A stretch of DNA of 63,506 bases, counting the filler, from Folioceros fuciformis (taxonomy: Eukaryota): NCBI GenBank assembly GCA_049999805.1. It is 7 parts of 7 records of this genome, joined end to end, with 100 filler letters (N's around TTAATTAATTAA, not from the genome) between each part and the next. Parts side by side here need not be neighbours in the genome. Positions count along the whole stretch, not along the records: positions 61,967 to 63,506 come from JBNGIO010001010.1; 6 more parts are not named here. One strand, written 5' to 3'. The notes below the pieces were generated by a model. The model worked only from the letters and a program-made list of their open reading frames with translations, made no database searches and was not told the DNA's origin. Within the stretch, counting starts at the first letter, position 1. Every line of letters starts with the position of its first letter. The position numbers and the translations under genes are program-made. Positions 61,967 through 63,506 of the stretch are shown piece by piece.

Positions 61967-63506
61967 CCATAAGGAGGCGGTAAGGATATGATTAATCACC
62001 ACCAGCCGACCTGCCAGGTTGAGCTCCAGCAACTACGAACTAGCCGCTTTGCGAATGAATCTGAGAAGTACGTACTTCCCAATCTCCCCGTTCTCATCCT
62101 CCTCTTGTAAAGGAAGCCTCAAATACTTGTGGGTAGAACCCAGAGTCACTCGCCTAATATGATTAATACACTGGGAAGCTCCCCCTCCAAATGAAGACAC
62201 ATCATACGTGTCTTACCCCTCTTCACCTTGCAGCCCGATAGCTCACCAAAGACCTTGACCTGTTGGAGCAGCGCTTTCAATGAAGCCTCCTCTGCCGAGG
62301 AAAAGTGGAGAGTATCATCTGCAAATGCCGAGACCCTTAGCTGCGATTCATCAAGGTTCCGAATGCCAACCACTGCCGGGTCTTGCTTGACTGCTCTAAG
62401 AAAGAAGTCAGTGACGATAATAAATAAGAATGGAGCAAGGGGGCAACCCTGACGTACCGACCGAGAGATGCCACAGCGCTCCGTAAAGGATCCATTAACA
62501 GCCACCTTGGCTCCAGCATCTTCACACGAGATGGCTATCCATCTGCAGAAATTATTCTCGAACCCGAAACTACGAAGGCATCGCCACAGGAAATGCCACT
62601 CAACAGAATCATAAGCCTTGCAAAAGTCAAGGGAAATGAAAACGGCGGCTTGCTTTTGTACCTGAGTGTTGTACTTAGCTTCCCTAAGAAGTAGGAGGTT
62701 GTCCAGGATGCACCTATTTTGAATGAACCCTCGCTGCTCTTTCTCAATCCAATCATCAAGAAATGGAGTAATTCGGTTAACCAGTACCTTAGCAATCACC
62801 TTGTATGTGGTTGTAAGCAAGGTAATCGGGCGCCAGTTGGAGATTGATAAACTGGCGTATTGCTTAGGGAGCAAGGAGATAACCCCCATATTGAACCAGC
62901 TCCCCATGCTACCTTCCTCCCAAAACATACTGATAGCCTCCATGAATAACAACTGCATAAATTCCCAACCCCAAAGCAAGAACTCGGGAGGGATACTATC
63001 ATGTCTCGGGGATTTATCCCTCGGCATCCCCTTCAGGGCTTGGAACACCTCATCAGCAGTTATCGGCATATCCAGAGCCGTGGGCTTGTCCTCGGACACT
63101 TTAGCCGAAAGCGCACCGAAAGAAGAAGATCAAAGCTGTTCCCACCCTGCCACTTTCCTAACACTGGAGAAGATGCCAACAAAGAAGAGGGTAATAAGGG
63201 TCTTTAAACCTTTGAGCGATTCTTGCACCACGCCACGCGAGTTCGGAAGGGCAGGAATTCGCGTCTTATGTCGGTTGGCGGCCACCTTATTCCCTCACCC
63301 GCTTAACTTTGGCCCTCTTAAACCATCCCCTGGCCCTGTCTTCTTCCAACTTGGCCAAGGAGCACTGCACCTCCGTTTTCCGAGTCTCTTCCGCACTTGT
63401 GAAATCCTGGCCCTCACTGTTCCTTTGTAGCCACCACAATTCCTCCCTTAAAAAATATTCTTGCTGGCGTTGTTCTCTTGTTTGTTGAACCCCTCACCTC
63501 CTCAAA
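61967..63506 (-). mobile_element. L1-type LINE reverse transcriptase (ORF2 fragment, degenerate)
   Basis: KSPRHD, WRPITLL..YKVIAK, QRGF, LDFCKAYDSVEW, VRQGCPLAP, FADD, then KYLRLPL after a frameshift. Confidence 0.93.

Overview
Gene-dense nuclear DNA from a non-seed land plant, most likely a hornwort (Anthoceros-like). This is inferred from the short GT-AG introns, WW-type PLS-PPR genes, a class III formin and a phytochrome/neochrome-like N-terminus. The window is a scaffold of 7 contigs joined by six 100-bp N-gaps, each carrying an artificial TTAATTAATTAA linker. Recognisable genes in order: UTR2/4-type nucleotide-sugar transporter (-); head-to-head with it, an intronless GT64 + 2x GT8-like fusion glycosyltransferase (+); an RGG/Chtop-type protein (-); VPS54 (+); PHR2 (-); two divergent paralogous PLS-E PPR genes with truncated DYW:WW tails; HAT1/HAG2 (-); organellar alanyl-tRNA synthetase (-); a Copia remnant with one intact LTR nested in a LINE remnant; an F-box pseudogene; a possible CRE/R2-type retroelement remnant; the first 42 codons of a phytochrome/neochrome gene running into a gap; an intact F-box gene; an SGF73/ataxin-7 orthologue with an SCA7 zinc finger; a class III (RhoGAP-FH1-FH2) formin split at a gap with its halves in opposite orientation; and an L1-type LINE RT. 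The best candidate for an undescribed system is the GT64-GT8-GT8 fusion sharing a short bidirectional promoter with a Golgi nucleotide-sugar transporter. All family calls come from motif recognition by eye; no searches were run and exon boundaries are approximate.
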